From a bacterium (lineage in GTDB: Bacteria; Desulfobacterota; DSWW01), in assembly GCA_040756235.1 (NCBI GenBank), contig JBFLZG010000106.1, forward strand, positions 1 to 58,506: a stretch of DNA of 58,506 nucleotides, read 5' to 3'. A model generated the notes under the pieces. It searched no databases and had not been told where the DNA came from. It saw only the letters and a list, made by a program, of their open reading frames with translations. How positions within the stretch are numbered: the first letter of the stretch is position 1; every line of letters starts with the position of its first letter. Shown here piece after piece: positions 27,149 to 41,500 of the stretch. The translations under genes and the position numbers were made by a program.

Positions 27149-27200
27149 GGAAAGAGCGGTGGCCGAGTGGCTGAAAACCGACAACCGGACGCCGGTCTCT

Positions 27201-27590
27201 CTAGAATTCGTCGCCCCCGCCGCCTCCCTCCAGCCCTTCCCCCGGGCCGGCAGCGGAATCGTCCCCGAGGTCCTTGCCGGAAGCAAGCTCGTCGGCCATC
27301 TGGTCGATGTCGTCGGCCGCCACGTCTTCGCCGAATTCCCGGCCCATCCGCTTCAGCCACTTCGCCATGCTGGCAGGGTCGTTCTCGTCGAGACCGGCCA
27401 GCTTGCTCGGGTCTGCGAGAGACTCCAGGCGGGCCTCGTCTGACTTGAGCGATACGAACCTGGAGACGAGACGCCGGAGATCCTTGCCTTTGCACACAGG
27501 GCAGGAAGGGTCATCCCTGTCCTGAGGGCGGAAGGTGAGGATCTCGACGCGCTTCTTGCAGCTCCTGCAGAAATATTCATAGATCGGCAT
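27201..27590 (-). CDS. FmdB-family zinc-ribbon protein
   Basis: MPIYEYFCRSC...CPVC...RRLVSRF; GGAGG RBS. Confidence 0.88.
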   Translation of the reverse strand: MPIYEYFCRSCKKRVEILTFRPQDRDDPSCPVCKGKDLRRLVSRFVSLKSDEARLESLADPSKLAGLDENDPASMAKWLKRMGREFGEDVAADDIDQMADELASGKDLGDDSAAGPGEGLEGGGGGDEF

Positions 27591-27656
27591 GTGCGGAGAC
27601 CTCCTTGAATGGACAGGCTGTTGAAAACGCCCATCAGCTGCGTTCGGCTCGCCTTC

Positions 27657-27764
27657 GAGTCAGTTGCCAGTTGTCAGTTGCCAGTTGTCAGCAGAAGAGC
27701 AACAAGTCTCGCGCCAGGGCCGGAGCGGGGAGGGCTGATAGCTGACTGCTGAAAACTGACCGCT
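27657..27764. repeat. Inverted heptamer tandem repeats
   Basis: (CAGTTGY)x4 at 27660-27687 facing CTGATAG-CTGACTG-CTGAAAA-CTGACCG at 27735-27762. Confidence 0.65.
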
Positions 27765-29375
27765 CTACAGATGGCCCCGCCAGAGAATCGTGTCGCGCAT
27801 CCAGGCGGCGTCATCGCGGAGCGGGTAGTTGATGTTGTAGTGAAGACCTCGGCTTTCCTTCCGGTACATGGCCGAGGAGATGATGAGGTCCGCCACGAGG
27901 GCGATGTTGCGCAGCTCGACCAGATCGCTGGTGATCAGGAAGTCCCAGTAGTACTGGTGGATCTCGCTGGCCAGCGCATCGATGCGGCGCTTGGCGCGCT
28001 CCAGGCGCTTGTTGGACCTGGAGATGCCCACGTAATTCCACATGAGCCCGCGGATCTCGTCCCAGTTGTGGGCCACGACGACCGATTCGTCGCTGTCCAC
28101 CGCGTGACCGCTCGACCAGTCCGGAAGGGAAGGAGTCTGAACGGAAACCTCCTTGGCGGAGGGGATGGCGTGAGCGGCCGCGCGCTCCGCGAAAACGAGG
28201 GCTTCGAGCAGGGAATTGCTGGCCAGCCGGTTGGCGCCGTGCAGCCCCGTGCAGGTCACTTCCCCGGCCGCGTACAGGTTCCGGATGTCGGTCCTTCCGC
28301 AGGCATCCACCACCACCCCTCCGCACGTGTAGTGCGCAGCGGGAACGACCGGGATGGGCTCGCGCGTCATGTCGATGCCGTACCCCAGACATTCCCTGTG
28401 GATGTTCGGAAACCTCGTGCGGATGAAGTCCGGGTCGCGGTGCGAGATGTCCAGGAAGACGCACTCGTCGCCCCGTTTCTTGAGCTCCATGTCGATGGCC
28501 TTGGCGACGACGTCCCGGGGCGCAAGGCACCCCTGCGGGTGATACCGCTCCATGAACGGGTTGCCGTTGCGGAGCAGCAGAACGGCCCCTTCCCCGCGGA
28601 CCGCCTCGGAGATGAGAAACGACTTGGCCTTGGGATGGTACAGGCAGGTCGGATGAAACTGAATGAACTCCATGTTGGCCACGCGGGCACCGGCCCGGTA
28701 GGCCATCGCGAGCCCGTCGCCTGTGGCGATGTCCGGGTTGCTGGTATACCGGTACACCTTGCCGGCGCCTCCCGTGGCGAGCAGGGTGCGGCGGGCCAGC
28801 AAGGTGTGGACCGTGTTGTCCCGGGCATCCAGGACATAGGCCCCCCAGCACGAGGTCTCGCTCGGAGCGACCGCCCTTGCCTTGGGGTGAATCAGCAGGT
28901 CGATGGCGACGTGGTAGTCGCGAAAATGGATCCGCGGGTTGTCCGCGGCGAGGTCGACGAGCTTGTCGATCAGCTCCCGGCCGGTGAAATCAGAGGCGTG
29001 CAGGATCCTGCGCTTGGAGTGGCCTCCCTCCAGCGCCAGATCGTACTGCTGGAGCTCGGAATCCTTGCGGGTCGTGAACTGGACGCCCAGCCGAACGAGC
29101 TCGCGGATTCGCGCCGGACCTTCCGCGATCACCATCTTGACCGTATCCTCGTGACAGATGCCGGCGCCGGCCGTGAGAGTGTCCTGCACGTGGTCCTCCA
29201 GGGAGTCCTCCGTGCTGGAGACCGCCGCGATCCCCCCTTGGGCGTAGTTCGTGGACGACTCCTTGGCGTCCCGCTTGGTGAGAATCACCACCTCTCCGTG
29301 CCGTGCAGCTTTCAGGGCAAACCACAGACCGGCGATTCCGCCTCCGATCACGAGAAAATCGATCTCCTGCCGCAT
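27765..29375 (-). CDS. nadB: L-aspartate oxidase
   Basis: GGGIAGL, YAQGGIA, EGGHSKRRILH, QFHPT, LISEAVRGEG, GLHGANRLASNSLLE, ESRGLH. Confidence 0.96.
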   Translation of the reverse strand: MRQEIDFLVIGGGIAGLWFALKAARHGEVVILTKRDAKESSTNYAQGGIAAVSSTEDSLEDHVQDTLTAGAGICHEDTVKMVIAEGPARIRELVRLGVQFTTRKDSELQQYDLALEGGHSKRRILHASDFTGRELIDKLVDLAADNPRIHFRDYHVAIDLLIHPKARAVAPSETSCWGAYVLDARDNTVHTLLARRTLLATGGAGKVYRYTSNPDIATGDGLAMAYRAGARVANMEFIQFHPTCLYHPKAKSFLISEAVRGEGAVLLLRNGNPFMERYHPQGCLAPRDVVAKAIDMELKKRGDECVFLDISHRDPDFIRTRFPNIHRECLGYGIDMTREPIPVVPAAHYTCGGVVVDACGRTDIRNLYAAGEVTCTGLHGANRLASNSLLEALVFAERAAAHAIPSAKEVSVQTPSLPDWSSGHAVDSDESVVVAHNWDEIRGLMWNYVGISRSNKRLERAKRRIDALASEIHQYYWDFLITSDLVELRNIALVADLIISSAMYRKESRGLHYNINYPLRDDAAWMRDTILWRGHL

Positions 29376-29587
29376 GATGTCGCCTCTCCCGGGTCCGGAA
29401 TTTGCTTCATTAAAACAAAAAACGCGACGAATTGTAAGAGTAGGAGAGGTCGCTTCGCAAAGACTCGCACTGTTCCACTTGGCGCGACTCGCAAGAGGCT
29501 CCGCAAACGGGCACTTGCGGGCGGCCTCCCGGAGGTTTGACAAGCCGGGAAGCTTCGAGAATGATGGGCTGATGCCAGGAGAGCGGA

Positions 29588-30217
29588 ATGGAGAACGGGG
29601 GGAAATCGAGGCAACGGAAGCGGCTCCTGCTCCTTTTGGCCGCCGTGATCGCGGTGTCGGGGGCCGCCTCCACGGTCAGGGGCGACATCTACTACTACCA
29701 GGACGAACAAGGAGTCATGCATTTCACGAACACCCCCGTGGATCCGCGCTTCCGCTTCAAGGAGCGTGAGAAGGCCAAGAGATCCGGGGTGTTCATTTAC
29801 GAGAGCAGGGAGCGGGAGTACGGAGCCATGATCCGCAAGGTGGCGAAGAAGGAAGGGCTCGACCCTGCGCTCCTTCACTCCCTGATTTCGGTCGAGTCCA
29901 GTTTCGACCCGGTCGCCGTGTCCCCGAAGGGGGCCATGGGGCTGATGCAGCTCATGCCCGAGACCGCCAGGCGTCTGGGAGTGAGCGACGCCTTTCAGCC
30001 CGAGGAAAACGTGGAGGCCGGAGCGCACCACCTGCGCGACCTGATCGACAGATATGACGGGGATCTTTCGCTGGCGCTGGCCGCCTACAATGCGGGGGAG
30101 GGCGCGGTCGAGGAGCACAGCGGAGTCCCCCCCTATCCTGAGACCGAGATGTACGTGCGCGAGATCCTGAAGAGATATGCGTCGGAGAGAACCAAACAAC
30201 AGCAGAAAAGCCACTGA
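29588..30217 (+). CDS. Lytic transglycosylase (DUF4124 + SLT domain)
   Basis: IYYYQDEQGVMHFTN; VESSFDP, GAMGLMQLMP, AAYNAG, PPYPET. Confidence 0.9.
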   Translation: MENGGKSRQRKRLLLLLAAVIAVSGAASTVRGDIYYYQDEQGVMHFTNTPVDPRFRFKEREKAKRSGVFIYESREREYGAMIRKVAKKEGLDPALLHSLISVESSFDPVAVSPKGAMGLMQLMPETARRLGVSDAFQPEENVEAGAHHLRDLIDRYDGDLSLALAAYNAGEGAVEEHSGVPPYPETEMYVREILKRYASERTKQQQKSH

Positions 30218-30313
30218 ACAGCCGTGGAAGAGTCCGGATCTGCAGACGGTGCGAAGAAGTTGCAGATACGGAAGGCAGGTCTAGGAGATTCCGTGAAGGA
30301 AAATCAGGCGACG

Positions 30314-30901
30314 ATGGTTCGTTTTGCGGCGATTCACATTCGCGACATACCCAACATCCTGACGCTGTGCCGCATCGCGGTCATCCCGATCCTGGTCGTG
30401 CTGCTGAGCTATCCCGGGCCGGTGACCCGGGGCGTGGCTGCCCTGCTGTTCGCGCTGGCATCCACGACGGATTATCTGGACGGCTACCTGGCCAGACGGT
30501 ACGACGTCACCTCTTCCGCGGGCAAGCTTCTGGACCCGATGGCCGACAAGCTCCTGGTCATGGCCGCGCTGATCATGCTGGTCTCTCTGCGCGAAGGCGC
30601 GGTGCCGGCCTGGATGGTCGTGGTGATCCTGGGGCGCGAAATCCTGGTGACGGGCTTGAGAGGAGTCGGGTCGAGCCGCGGCGTGATCATCGAGGCCGGG
30701 GAGCTGGGCAAGTACAAGACCACCCTTCAGAGCTTTGCGATCACCGGCTTGCTCATTTACTATCCTTACTTTTCGATCGACTTCCATCTCGGAGGGATGT
30801 ACTTCCTCTGGGCTTCCCTTGTCCTGAGCATCTGGTCCGCCGTCTCCTACTTCCGCAGATTCTGGCCCCAGACCGAGCCCGGCAGGAAGTCCCCCGGTTG
30901 A
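30314..30901 (+). CDS. pgsA: CDP-diacylglycerol--glycerol-3-phosphate 3-phosphatidyltransferase
   Basis: IPNILTLCRI, TDYLDGYLARR, GKLLDPMADK, GRE; start uncertain (30224 possible). Confidence 0.92.
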   Translation: MVRFAAIHIRDIPNILTLCRIAVIPILVVLLSYPGPVTRGVAALLFALASTTDYLDGYLARRYDVTSSAGKLLDPMADKLLVMAALIMLVSLREGAVPAWMVVVILGREILVTGLRGVGSSRGVIIEAGELGKYKTTLQSFAITGLLIYYPYFSIDFHLGGMYFLWASLVLSIWSAVSYFRRFWPQTEPGRKSPG

Positions 30902-30953
30902 CAAGGGTGGCCTTTGGTTTATCCCTTGACCTCGTATTCTTCGCAACGTGGCC

Positions 30954-31715
30954 ATGAGCGGCTTTTCCGACGAACCCAGGCAGGACGCAGGAACGGCGCC
31001 CGGACAGAGCACCCGGGAGAGGCTCCAGGCCAGGATCGGCTACAGGTTCCGGGACCCGTCTCTGCTCGAAGAGGCCCTCACCCATCGCTCCCTTCTGAAC
31101 GAGCTGAACCAGTGCGGTCGTCGTGACAACGAACGACTCGAGTTTCTGGGTGATGCCGTGCTCGGGCTGGTCACCGCGGACATGCTCATGCAAGCCTTTC
31201 CCGATGCGACCGAGGGAGAGCTCACGCCGCACCGGGCTTCTCTGGTCAGGAGGAAGAAGCTGGCCGAAATCGCCGAAGGGCTCGAGCTCGGTGGCTGCCT
31301 GTATCTGGGGAGAGGGGAGGAGCAGACGGCGGGGCGCCAGAAGTCTTCCCTGCTGGCAGACGCCCTGGAGGCGCTGATCGGAGCGGTGTACCTGGACGGA
31401 GGCTTCGACGCTGCCAGCAAAATCGTGCAGGAGCAGCTCAGCCGCTACGTAGAAGAGGCCAGGGGGCAGAAACGAGTGGAGCTGGATCCCAAGACGAGGG
31501 TTCAGGAGCTGTTGTTGGCCTTGTATCGGCTGCCCCCGGTCTACGAGGTCGTCGAAGAGCAAGGGCCGGAGCACGCCAAGACGTTCACGGTGCGGCTGCT
31601 CCTCCGTAACCATCCGCTTGCCGTGGGGCACGGCAGGAACAAGAAGGAGGCCGAGCAGGACGCGGCCGGGCGGTTCCTGGCACACCTGGCCTTGAACCCC
31701 CTGGGCATGCGCTGA
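30954..31715 (+). CDS. rnc: Ribonuclease III
   Basis: ALTHRS, NERLEFLGDAVL, DALEALIGAVYLD, dsRBD. Confidence 0.96.
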   Translation: MSGFSDEPRQDAGTAPGQSTRERLQARIGYRFRDPSLLEEALTHRSLLNELNQCGRRDNERLEFLGDAVLGLVTADMLMQAFPDATEGELTPHRASLVRRKKLAEIAEGLELGGCLYLGRGEEQTAGRQKSSLLADALEALIGAVYLDGGFDAASKIVQEQLSRYVEEARGQKRVELDPKTRVQELLLALYRLPPVYEVVEEQGPEHAKTFTVRLLLRNHPLAVGHGRNKKEAEQDAAGRFLAHLALNPLGMR

Positions 31716-31722
31716 TTTTCTC

Positions 31723-31828
31723 ATCCCTTCTCCCCTCGCGGAGGGGAGAAGGTCAGGATGAGGGGTGCATCTGCTCCCGTCTCCCCCTCACCCTGCCCCT
31801 CTCCCCCGTGCACGGGGGAGAGGGGATC
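31723..31828. repeat. REP-like palindrome pair (CCCTCTCCC...GGGAGAGGG type)
   Basis: CCTTCTCCCCTC-G-CGGAGGGGAGAAGG and CCCCTCTCCCCCGTGCACGGGGGAGAGGGG hairpins. Confidence 0.7.
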
Positions 31829-31925
31829 CGTTTGTCGACGGCCTTGCGCGAGTGATGAGGGGGATTCGTTCCTCGACACCTCTCTGCGCCGGAAGAGACC
31901 AGGCGCGGGAAGGATCGAATCGTCC

Positions 31926-32954
31926 ATGTCGCACTGGATCGCACCCGTATTCCTGCCCCATGCGGGCTGCCCGCACCGCTGCGTGTTCTGCGATCAGGCC
32001 GCGATCGCCGGGAGCCCATCGGCGCCGACGCCTGCCGAAGTGGGCCGACGGCTCGAGCTCCTGTTCGCGCCCGACAGGGGGCGCCGGCCCGGCCGCGTGC
32101 GACAGATCGCTTTTTTCGGGGGCAGCTTCACCGGTCTGGACGGTTCCCTCCAGGAGGCTTACCTGAGGGTGGCCGGCGAGCACAGGAAGCGGGGCCGGAT
32201 CGATTCAGTGCGGATCTCGACGCGTCCCGACGCGCTCCCGGAGGCCCGTATCCGCTTCCTCGCCGAAAGGGGTGTGCATACCATCGAGCTGGGCGTGCAG
32301 TCGCTGTCCGACACGGTCCTGGAAGCGAGCCGCAGGGGCCATCGCAGCGTCGATTCCGTGGAGGCGATCGAGAGAGTCCGGCGGGCCGGGTTGGAGGTGG
32401 GCGCCCAGATCATGCTGGGCCTTCCGGGCGACACGGGGCGGCAGTCCCTGGAAACGGCCGATGCCCTTTGCGCCCTGAAGCCCGACTTCGTGCGCATCTA
32501 TCCGACCCTGGTCCTGCGCGGCACGGAGCTGGCCGAAAGGACGCGGGCCGGCCGCTACGTGCCTTTGGGCCTGGAAGCGGCCGTCTCCCTGGCCGCGGAA
32601 GTTCTCGGGCGGTTTGCCGCGGCCTCCATTCCCGTGATCCGCATCGGCCTGCACCAGACCGAGGACCTGCGGGGCACCGCCGTTGCAGCCGGGCCCTGCC
32701 ACCCGGCCTTCGGCTACCTCGTGCGGGCTCGTCTATACTACAAGACCATGTGCTCGGTTCTCGGGAAAACGCAGTCCCGGGGCGGAGGAGCGCTTCTTTT
32801 TCGGATCCATCCCAGGGACCGGTCCCTGTTCAGCGGCCATCGTCGCAGCCACCACCTGCGGCTCGAACGGGAGTTCGGCGTCCGGGAGATCCGAGTTGAG
32901 GAAGACTGCACCCTGGCGAGAGGCGCCGTAGAGGTGGCTCCTGCCGACAACTGA
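31926..32954 (+). CDS. Elp3/YhcC-like radical SAM protein
   Basis: GCPHRCVFC, FFGGSFTG, ISTRPD, IELGVQS, RIYPTLV. Confidence 0.88.
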   Translation: MSHWIAPVFLPHAGCPHRCVFCDQAAIAGSPSAPTPAEVGRRLELLFAPDRGRRPGRVRQIAFFGGSFTGLDGSLQEAYLRVAGEHRKRGRIDSVRISTRPDALPEARIRFLAERGVHTIELGVQSLSDTVLEASRRGHRSVDSVEAIERVRRAGLEVGAQIMLGLPGDTGRQSLETADALCALKPDFVRIYPTLVLRGTELAERTRAGRYVPLGLEAAVSLAAEVLGRFAAASIPVIRIGLHQTEDLRGTAVAAGPCHPAFGYLVRARLYYKTMCSVLGKTQSRGGGALLFRIHPRDRSLFSGHRRSHHLRLEREFGVREIRVEEDCTLARGAVEVAPADN

Positions 32955-33857
32955 CAACCGACAACTGGAAACGGGGCGTGACACACAAGGACGAGAGCGC
33001 GGAGCCGTTCCGATCCGGATTCGTACCGGTGGTGGGGCGGCCGAACGTGGGCAAGTCGACCCTCCTCAACCGGATCCTGGGAGAGAAGGTGGCCATCGTT
33101 TCGGACAAGCCCCAGACGACGCGCAACAAGATCTGCGGGGTTCTGACCGGCCCGGCGCACCAGATCGTCTTCCTCGATACCCCGGGGATCCACCGGGCCA
33201 GGGACGCGATCAACCGGTACATGGTGAACGTGGCTTTGTCGACGTTCGACGAGGCCGATCTCATCCTGTTCCTGGTGGAGCCAGATCCGGACTTCGGCAA
33301 GGGGGACCAGTACCTGCACGGTCTGCTCAAGGACCTCCGCGTCCCGGTCTTCGCTCTCGTGAACAAGATGGACCGCGTGCCTGCGCCGCAGTGGGATGCG
33401 GTCGTCGAGCGGCTGCGGGGCCGGATTCCGGGCATGGAGGTGTTTCCCATTTCCGCCCTCACCGGGGAGGGAGTTCCGGAGCTGGTGGACGAGGTCGTCC
33501 GCAGACTCCCCGAAGGTCCCCTGTATTTTCCGCCGGACCAGGCCACGGACCAGCCGGTGCGGCTGCTCAGTGCCGAGATCGTCCGGGAGAAGGTCTTTCA
33601 GCTTACGGGAGAGGAAGTACCCTATTCGGTGGCGGTGGAAATCGATTCCTTCGAAGAGCGGGAAGGGAAAGAACGCAGCCTGGTTTCGATCGACGCGACC
33701 ATCCACGTAGAAAGGGATTCTCAGAAAGGCATCCTCATCGGCAAGGGCGGACAGATGCTCAAGCGCATCGGAACCATGGCCCGCCGGGAGATCGAAGCTC
33801 TGGTCGGAGCGCAGGTCTTCCTGCGCCTGTGGGTCAAGGTTTCGAAAGGATGGAAGA

Positions 33858-36970
<3,113 letters not shown>

Positions 36971-37019
36971 GGTGTCGGGTTTCAGGTTTCAGGTTGACGG
37001 CTGATCGGGGGAGGGGAAA

Positions 37020-38588
37020 TTGCACGCGACCGGCAAGGGCAAACTGGCGGGTTCGATTCTCGTCCTGGACTACGGATCCCAGTACACGCAGCTGATCGCC
37101 AGGCGCGTCCGCGAGCACCACGTCTACTGCGAGATCCATCCGTTCCACGTGCCTGCGGAGCTCATCGAGGAGCTGAACCCCTCGGGGATCCTGCTCTCCG
37201 GCGGGCCCGCCAGCATCTACAGGCAGGGCGCTCCCTGCGGCGACCCGAGCATCCTGGACGGCAGACGTCCCGTCCTGGGGATCTGCTACGGCATGCAGTG
37301 GATTGCGCAGCAGACCGGCGGCAAGGTGCTGCGGGGCGACGACCGGGAATACGGGCCTGCCGAGATTTCTTTCGAGCCGGGCAGCGATCTGTTCCACGGC
37401 CTGGACGGCCAGGAGGGCAGACTCAAGGTCTGGATGAGCCACGCCGACCGGATCGAGCGCCTGCCGCCCGGGTTCCGCTCCATCGCCACGAGCAAGGGCG
37501 CGCCGGTGGCCGCATTCTGCCATCCGGGGAAACAGATCTACGGCGTGCAGTTTCACCCCGAGGTCCACCACACGCCGCGAGGCGGGGAGATCCTCGGGAA
37601 CTTCCTGTACCGGGTGTGCGGCTGCTCCCCGAGCTGGACCATGCTCTCCTTCATCGAGAACACGATCCAGGACCTTCGATCGAGAGTACGGGACGGCCGG
37701 GTCATCTGTGCCCTGAGCGGCGGAGTCGACTCCTCGGTGGTCGCGCTTCTGCTGCACCAGGCGATCGGGGACCGGCTCGACTGCATTTTCGTGGACAACG
37801 GGCTGCTGCGCGAGGGCGAAGGCGAGAGGGTGCGGGAGTACATCGGGAGGCACTTCAGCATCCATCTGATCTATGTGGACGCCTCGGAGCGTTTTCTCAA
37901 GCGGCTCAAAGGGGTCGAGAACCCGGAGACCAAGCGCCAGATCATCGGCAAGGAGTTCGTGCGGCTCTTCGAGGAACAGGCCCGCAAGTGCCGGGGCGCC
38001 CGCTTCCTGGGACAGGGCACGCTCTATCCGGACGTGATCGAAAGCGTGTCCCTCAGGGGGCCCTCGGCCGTCATCAAGAGCCATCACAACGTGGGGGGCC
38101 TGCCGGAACGGATGCGGCTCAAGCTGCTCGAGCCGCTGCGGGAGCTGTTCAAGGACGAGGTCCGCCTGGTGGGAAAGGCCCTGGGCCTGCCGGACGAGAT
38201 CGTCTTGCGACAGCCGTTCCCGGGTCCGGGGCTGGCCGTGCGCATCCTGGGGGAAGTGACGGAAGAAAGGCTGCGGGTGCTGCGGCAGGCAGACCGAATC
38301 GTCCAGCAGGAGATCCGGCAGGCGGGCCTCTACGAATCGATCTGGCAGTCTTTTGCGGTCCTGCTGCCGGTGCGCACCGTGGGGGTGATGGGGGACGAGC
38401 GGACGTACGACAACGTCGTGGCCCTGCGGGCCGTGCAGAGCCAGGACGGCATGACCGCGGACTGGGTGCGCCTGCCCTACGAGCTGCTGGCCGCGATATC
38501 GAGCCGGATCATCAACGAGGTGGACGGGGTCAACAGGGTCGTCTACGACGTTTCCTCCAAGCCGCCCAGCACGATCGAATGGGAGTGA
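37020..38588 (+). CDS. guaA: GMP synthase
   Basis: [45 protein letters not shown]. Confidence 0.97.
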   Translation: MHATGKGKLAGSILVLDYGSQYTQLIARRVREHHVYCEIHPFHVPAELIEELNPSGILLSGGPASIYRQGAPCGDPSILDGRRPVLGICYGMQWIAQQTGGKVLRGDDREYGPAEISFEPGSDLFHGLDGQEGRLKVWMSHADRIERLPPGFRSIATSKGAPVAAFCHPGKQIYGVQFHPEVHHTPRGGEILGNFLYRVCGCSPSWTMLSFIENTIQDLRSRVRDGRVICALSGGVDSSVVALLLHQAIGDRLDCIFVDNGLLREGEGERVREYIGRHFSIHLIYVDASERFLKRLKGVENPETKRQIIGKEFVRLFEEQARKCRGARFLGQGTLYPDVIESVSLRGPSAVIKSHHNVGGLPERMRLKLLEPLRELFKDEVRLVGKALGLPDEIVLRQPFPGPGLAVRILGEVTEERLRVLRQADRIVQQEIRQAGLYESIWQSFAVLLPVRTVGVMGDERTYDNVVALRAVQSQDGMTADWVRLPYELLAAISSRIINEVDGVNRVVYDVSSKPPSTIEWE

Positions 38589-38597
38589 GAGACGCGC

Positions 38598-41500
38598 ATG
38601 GCAGGCAGAGAGTTCGTTCACCTGCACCTCCATACCGAGTACAGTCTTCTGGACGGCTCCATCCGCATCGAGCCGCTGATGAAGAGGCTTCAGGATCTCG
38701 GCATGGGAGCCGCGGCGATCACGGATCATGGATGCCTTTTCGGCGTCGTGGATTTCTACCAGAAGGCCACGGCAGCCGGCATCCGGCCGGTCCTGGGCTG
38801 CGAGGTTTACGTGGCTCCGGGAAGCCGTTTGGACCGTTCCGCCCACGGCATCGCCGAGGCCTCTCACCACCTGGTGCTGCTGGTGGAGAACGAGGAGGGA
38901 TACCGCAACCTGTGCCGGCTCGTCAGCGCCGCCTACCTGGAAGGCTTCTACTACCGGCCCAGGGTCGACAAGGAGCTGCTCAGGGCGCACAACAAGGGGC
39001 TCATCGCGCTGAGCGCCTGTCTGGCGGGAGAGATCCCTTCCTGGATCCTCAAGGACGAAACGGGCAAGGCGCGGCAGGCGGCCGAGGAGTACCGGGAGAT
39101 CTTCGACGACGGTCGCTTCTATCTGGAGGTCCAGGAAAACGGCATCCCGGACCAGGCGCGCGCGAACGGAGCGCTGCTCGAGCTGGCGCGCGCCCTCTCG
39201 CTTCCCCTCGTCGCCACCAACGACTGCCACTATCTCCTTCGGGAGGACGCCCGGAGCCATGACATCCTGCTGTGCATTCAGACGAACAAGTCGCTCGATG
39301 ATCCGGACCGGCTGCGCTTCTCCACCGAGCAGTTCTATCTGAAATCCTCAGAAGAGATGTGGGCCTCCTTCGCACACGTTCCCGAGGCCCTGAAGAACTC
39401 CGTTGCGGTGGCCGAGCGCTGCAGTTACCGCATGGTCTTCGGCGCCTACCAGTATCCTCGGTTCGAGATCCCGGAAGAAGAAACGCTGGACAGCCACCTG
39501 ATCGCCAGGGCCCGGCAGGGGCTCGAGCGGCGGATGAAGCAGAAGGCGGTGCGGGAGAAGAGAGAGGTGCCGGAGGAGACGGTCCGCCACTATCGGGAGC
39601 GGCTCGAGACGGAGCTCGCCATCATCCGTCAAATGGGTTACGCGGGCTATTTCCTGATCGTCTACGACTTCATTGCGCATGCGCGGCAGAAGGGGATTCC
39701 GGTGGGGCCGGGGCGGGGCTCGGCAGCGGGCAGTCTGGTGGCGTTCGCTCTGGAGATCACGAACATAGACCCCATCCCCTACAACCTCATCTTCGAGCGC
39801 TTCCTCAACCCGGAACGGATCAGCATGCCGGACATCGACGTCGACTTCTGCGAAGCCCGCCGGGAAGAAGTGATCCAGTACGTGATCGACAAGTACGGAG
39901 GCCAGAAGAACGTCTCCAAGATCATCACGTTCGGCACCATGAAGGCGCGGGCCGCGGTGCGCGACGTCGGCCGTGCCTTGGGGATGCCTTACGGGGACGT
40001 GGATCGCCTCGCCAAGATGATCCCGATGGGCATGAAGCTGGAGGACGCCATCGCGCAGACGCCGAGGCTCGATGAGGCGATCCAGGGCGACCCGAAGGCT
40101 GCCGAGCTGTTCGCCGCCGCGCGCAAGCTCGAGGGGCTGGTGCGCCACGCGTCGACGCATGCGGCCGGCATCGTGATCGCCAGCGGAACCCTGGAGGATT
40201 TCGCCCCGTTGTACAAGGACGCCAAGACCGGCGTGGTGACGACGCAGTTCGGCATGAAGCCTCTGGAGAAGCTCGGGCTCATCAAGTTCGACTTCCTCGG
40301 CTTGAAGACCCTCACCGTCATCCACAAGGCGGTGGAGCTCATCGAGCGCAACCACGGCGTCCGCATCGACATGAACGAGATCCCTCTGGACGATCCCCAA
40401 ACCTACCAGCTCCTGGCGCGCGGGGATGCGGACGGTGTCTTCCAGCTCGAAGGCACCGGCATCCGCAACCTGCTCGTGCAGCTCAAGCCGGAGAACCTCG
40501 AGGAAATCATCGCTCTGGTCGCCCTGTACCGGCCCGGACCTTTGAAGAGCGGAATGGTGGACGACTACATCAAGCGCAAGCACGGAAAGGGGAAGATCAA
40601 GTATCTGCTGCCCGAGCTGCGGGAGACGCTCGAAGAGACGTACGGCGTCATCGTCTATCAGGAGCAGGTGATGAAGATCGCGACGCGCGTCGCGGGCTTC
40701 ACCATGGGTGAGGCCGACAATCTGCGCTATGCCATGTCGAAGAAGGTCGAAGCTGAGATGGAACGCCAGAAGGACCGCTTCCTGGAGGGGGCCGGGAAGC
40801 AGGGGGTGGCCCGAGACAAGGCTGCGGAGATCTACCGGCTCATCGAGCAGTTCGCCGCCTACGGTTTCAACAAGTCGCACAGCGCGGCCTATGCGCTGGT
40901 ATCGTACCAGACCGCCTATCTGAAGGCTCACTATCCGACCGAATACATGGCGGCCCTGCTCACGTCCGAAGCCGACCGCACCGAGAAGCTCATGCGCTAC
41001 GTGCAGTACTGCCGGGAGATGGGCATCCCGATCGATCCGCCGGACATCAACAAGGGGCAGTGGGACTTCACGGTTCAGCACGAGCGCATCGCCTTCGGCA
41101 TCGGCGCGGTCAAGAACATCGGTGAGGGTGCGGTGGAATCGATCCTGGCGGTGCGCGCGGAAGGCGGGCCGTTCGCTTCCTTCGTCGATTTCTGCGAGCG
41201 GGTCGACTCGAGAAAGATCAACCGCAGAGTGATCGAATCCCTGGTCAAGAGCGGCGCCTTCGACCAGCTCTCGGATGGTAAACGGGCTCCTCTGCTGGGG
41301 GCCCTGGACCAGGTCATGGAGCACGCCGCACGCATCCAGTCGGAGCGGGAGTCCGGTCAGACGAGCCTGTTCGATGAGGGGCCGGGCCGGGCCTCTTCGA
41401 TCGAGCCCCGTTGGAATGCCCACGAGTTCGGGGAGTGGTCCTGCTCGGAGCGACTCGCCTTCGAAAAGGAGGCCCTCGGCTTCTACCTGACCGGCCACCC

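Noticed and set aside
31758..31925. Long N-terminal extensions in the ORF track (radical SAM, also infC, guaB, nadB, ExbD)
   Set aside because: They run through repeats or neighbouring genes; downstream starts fit the families better
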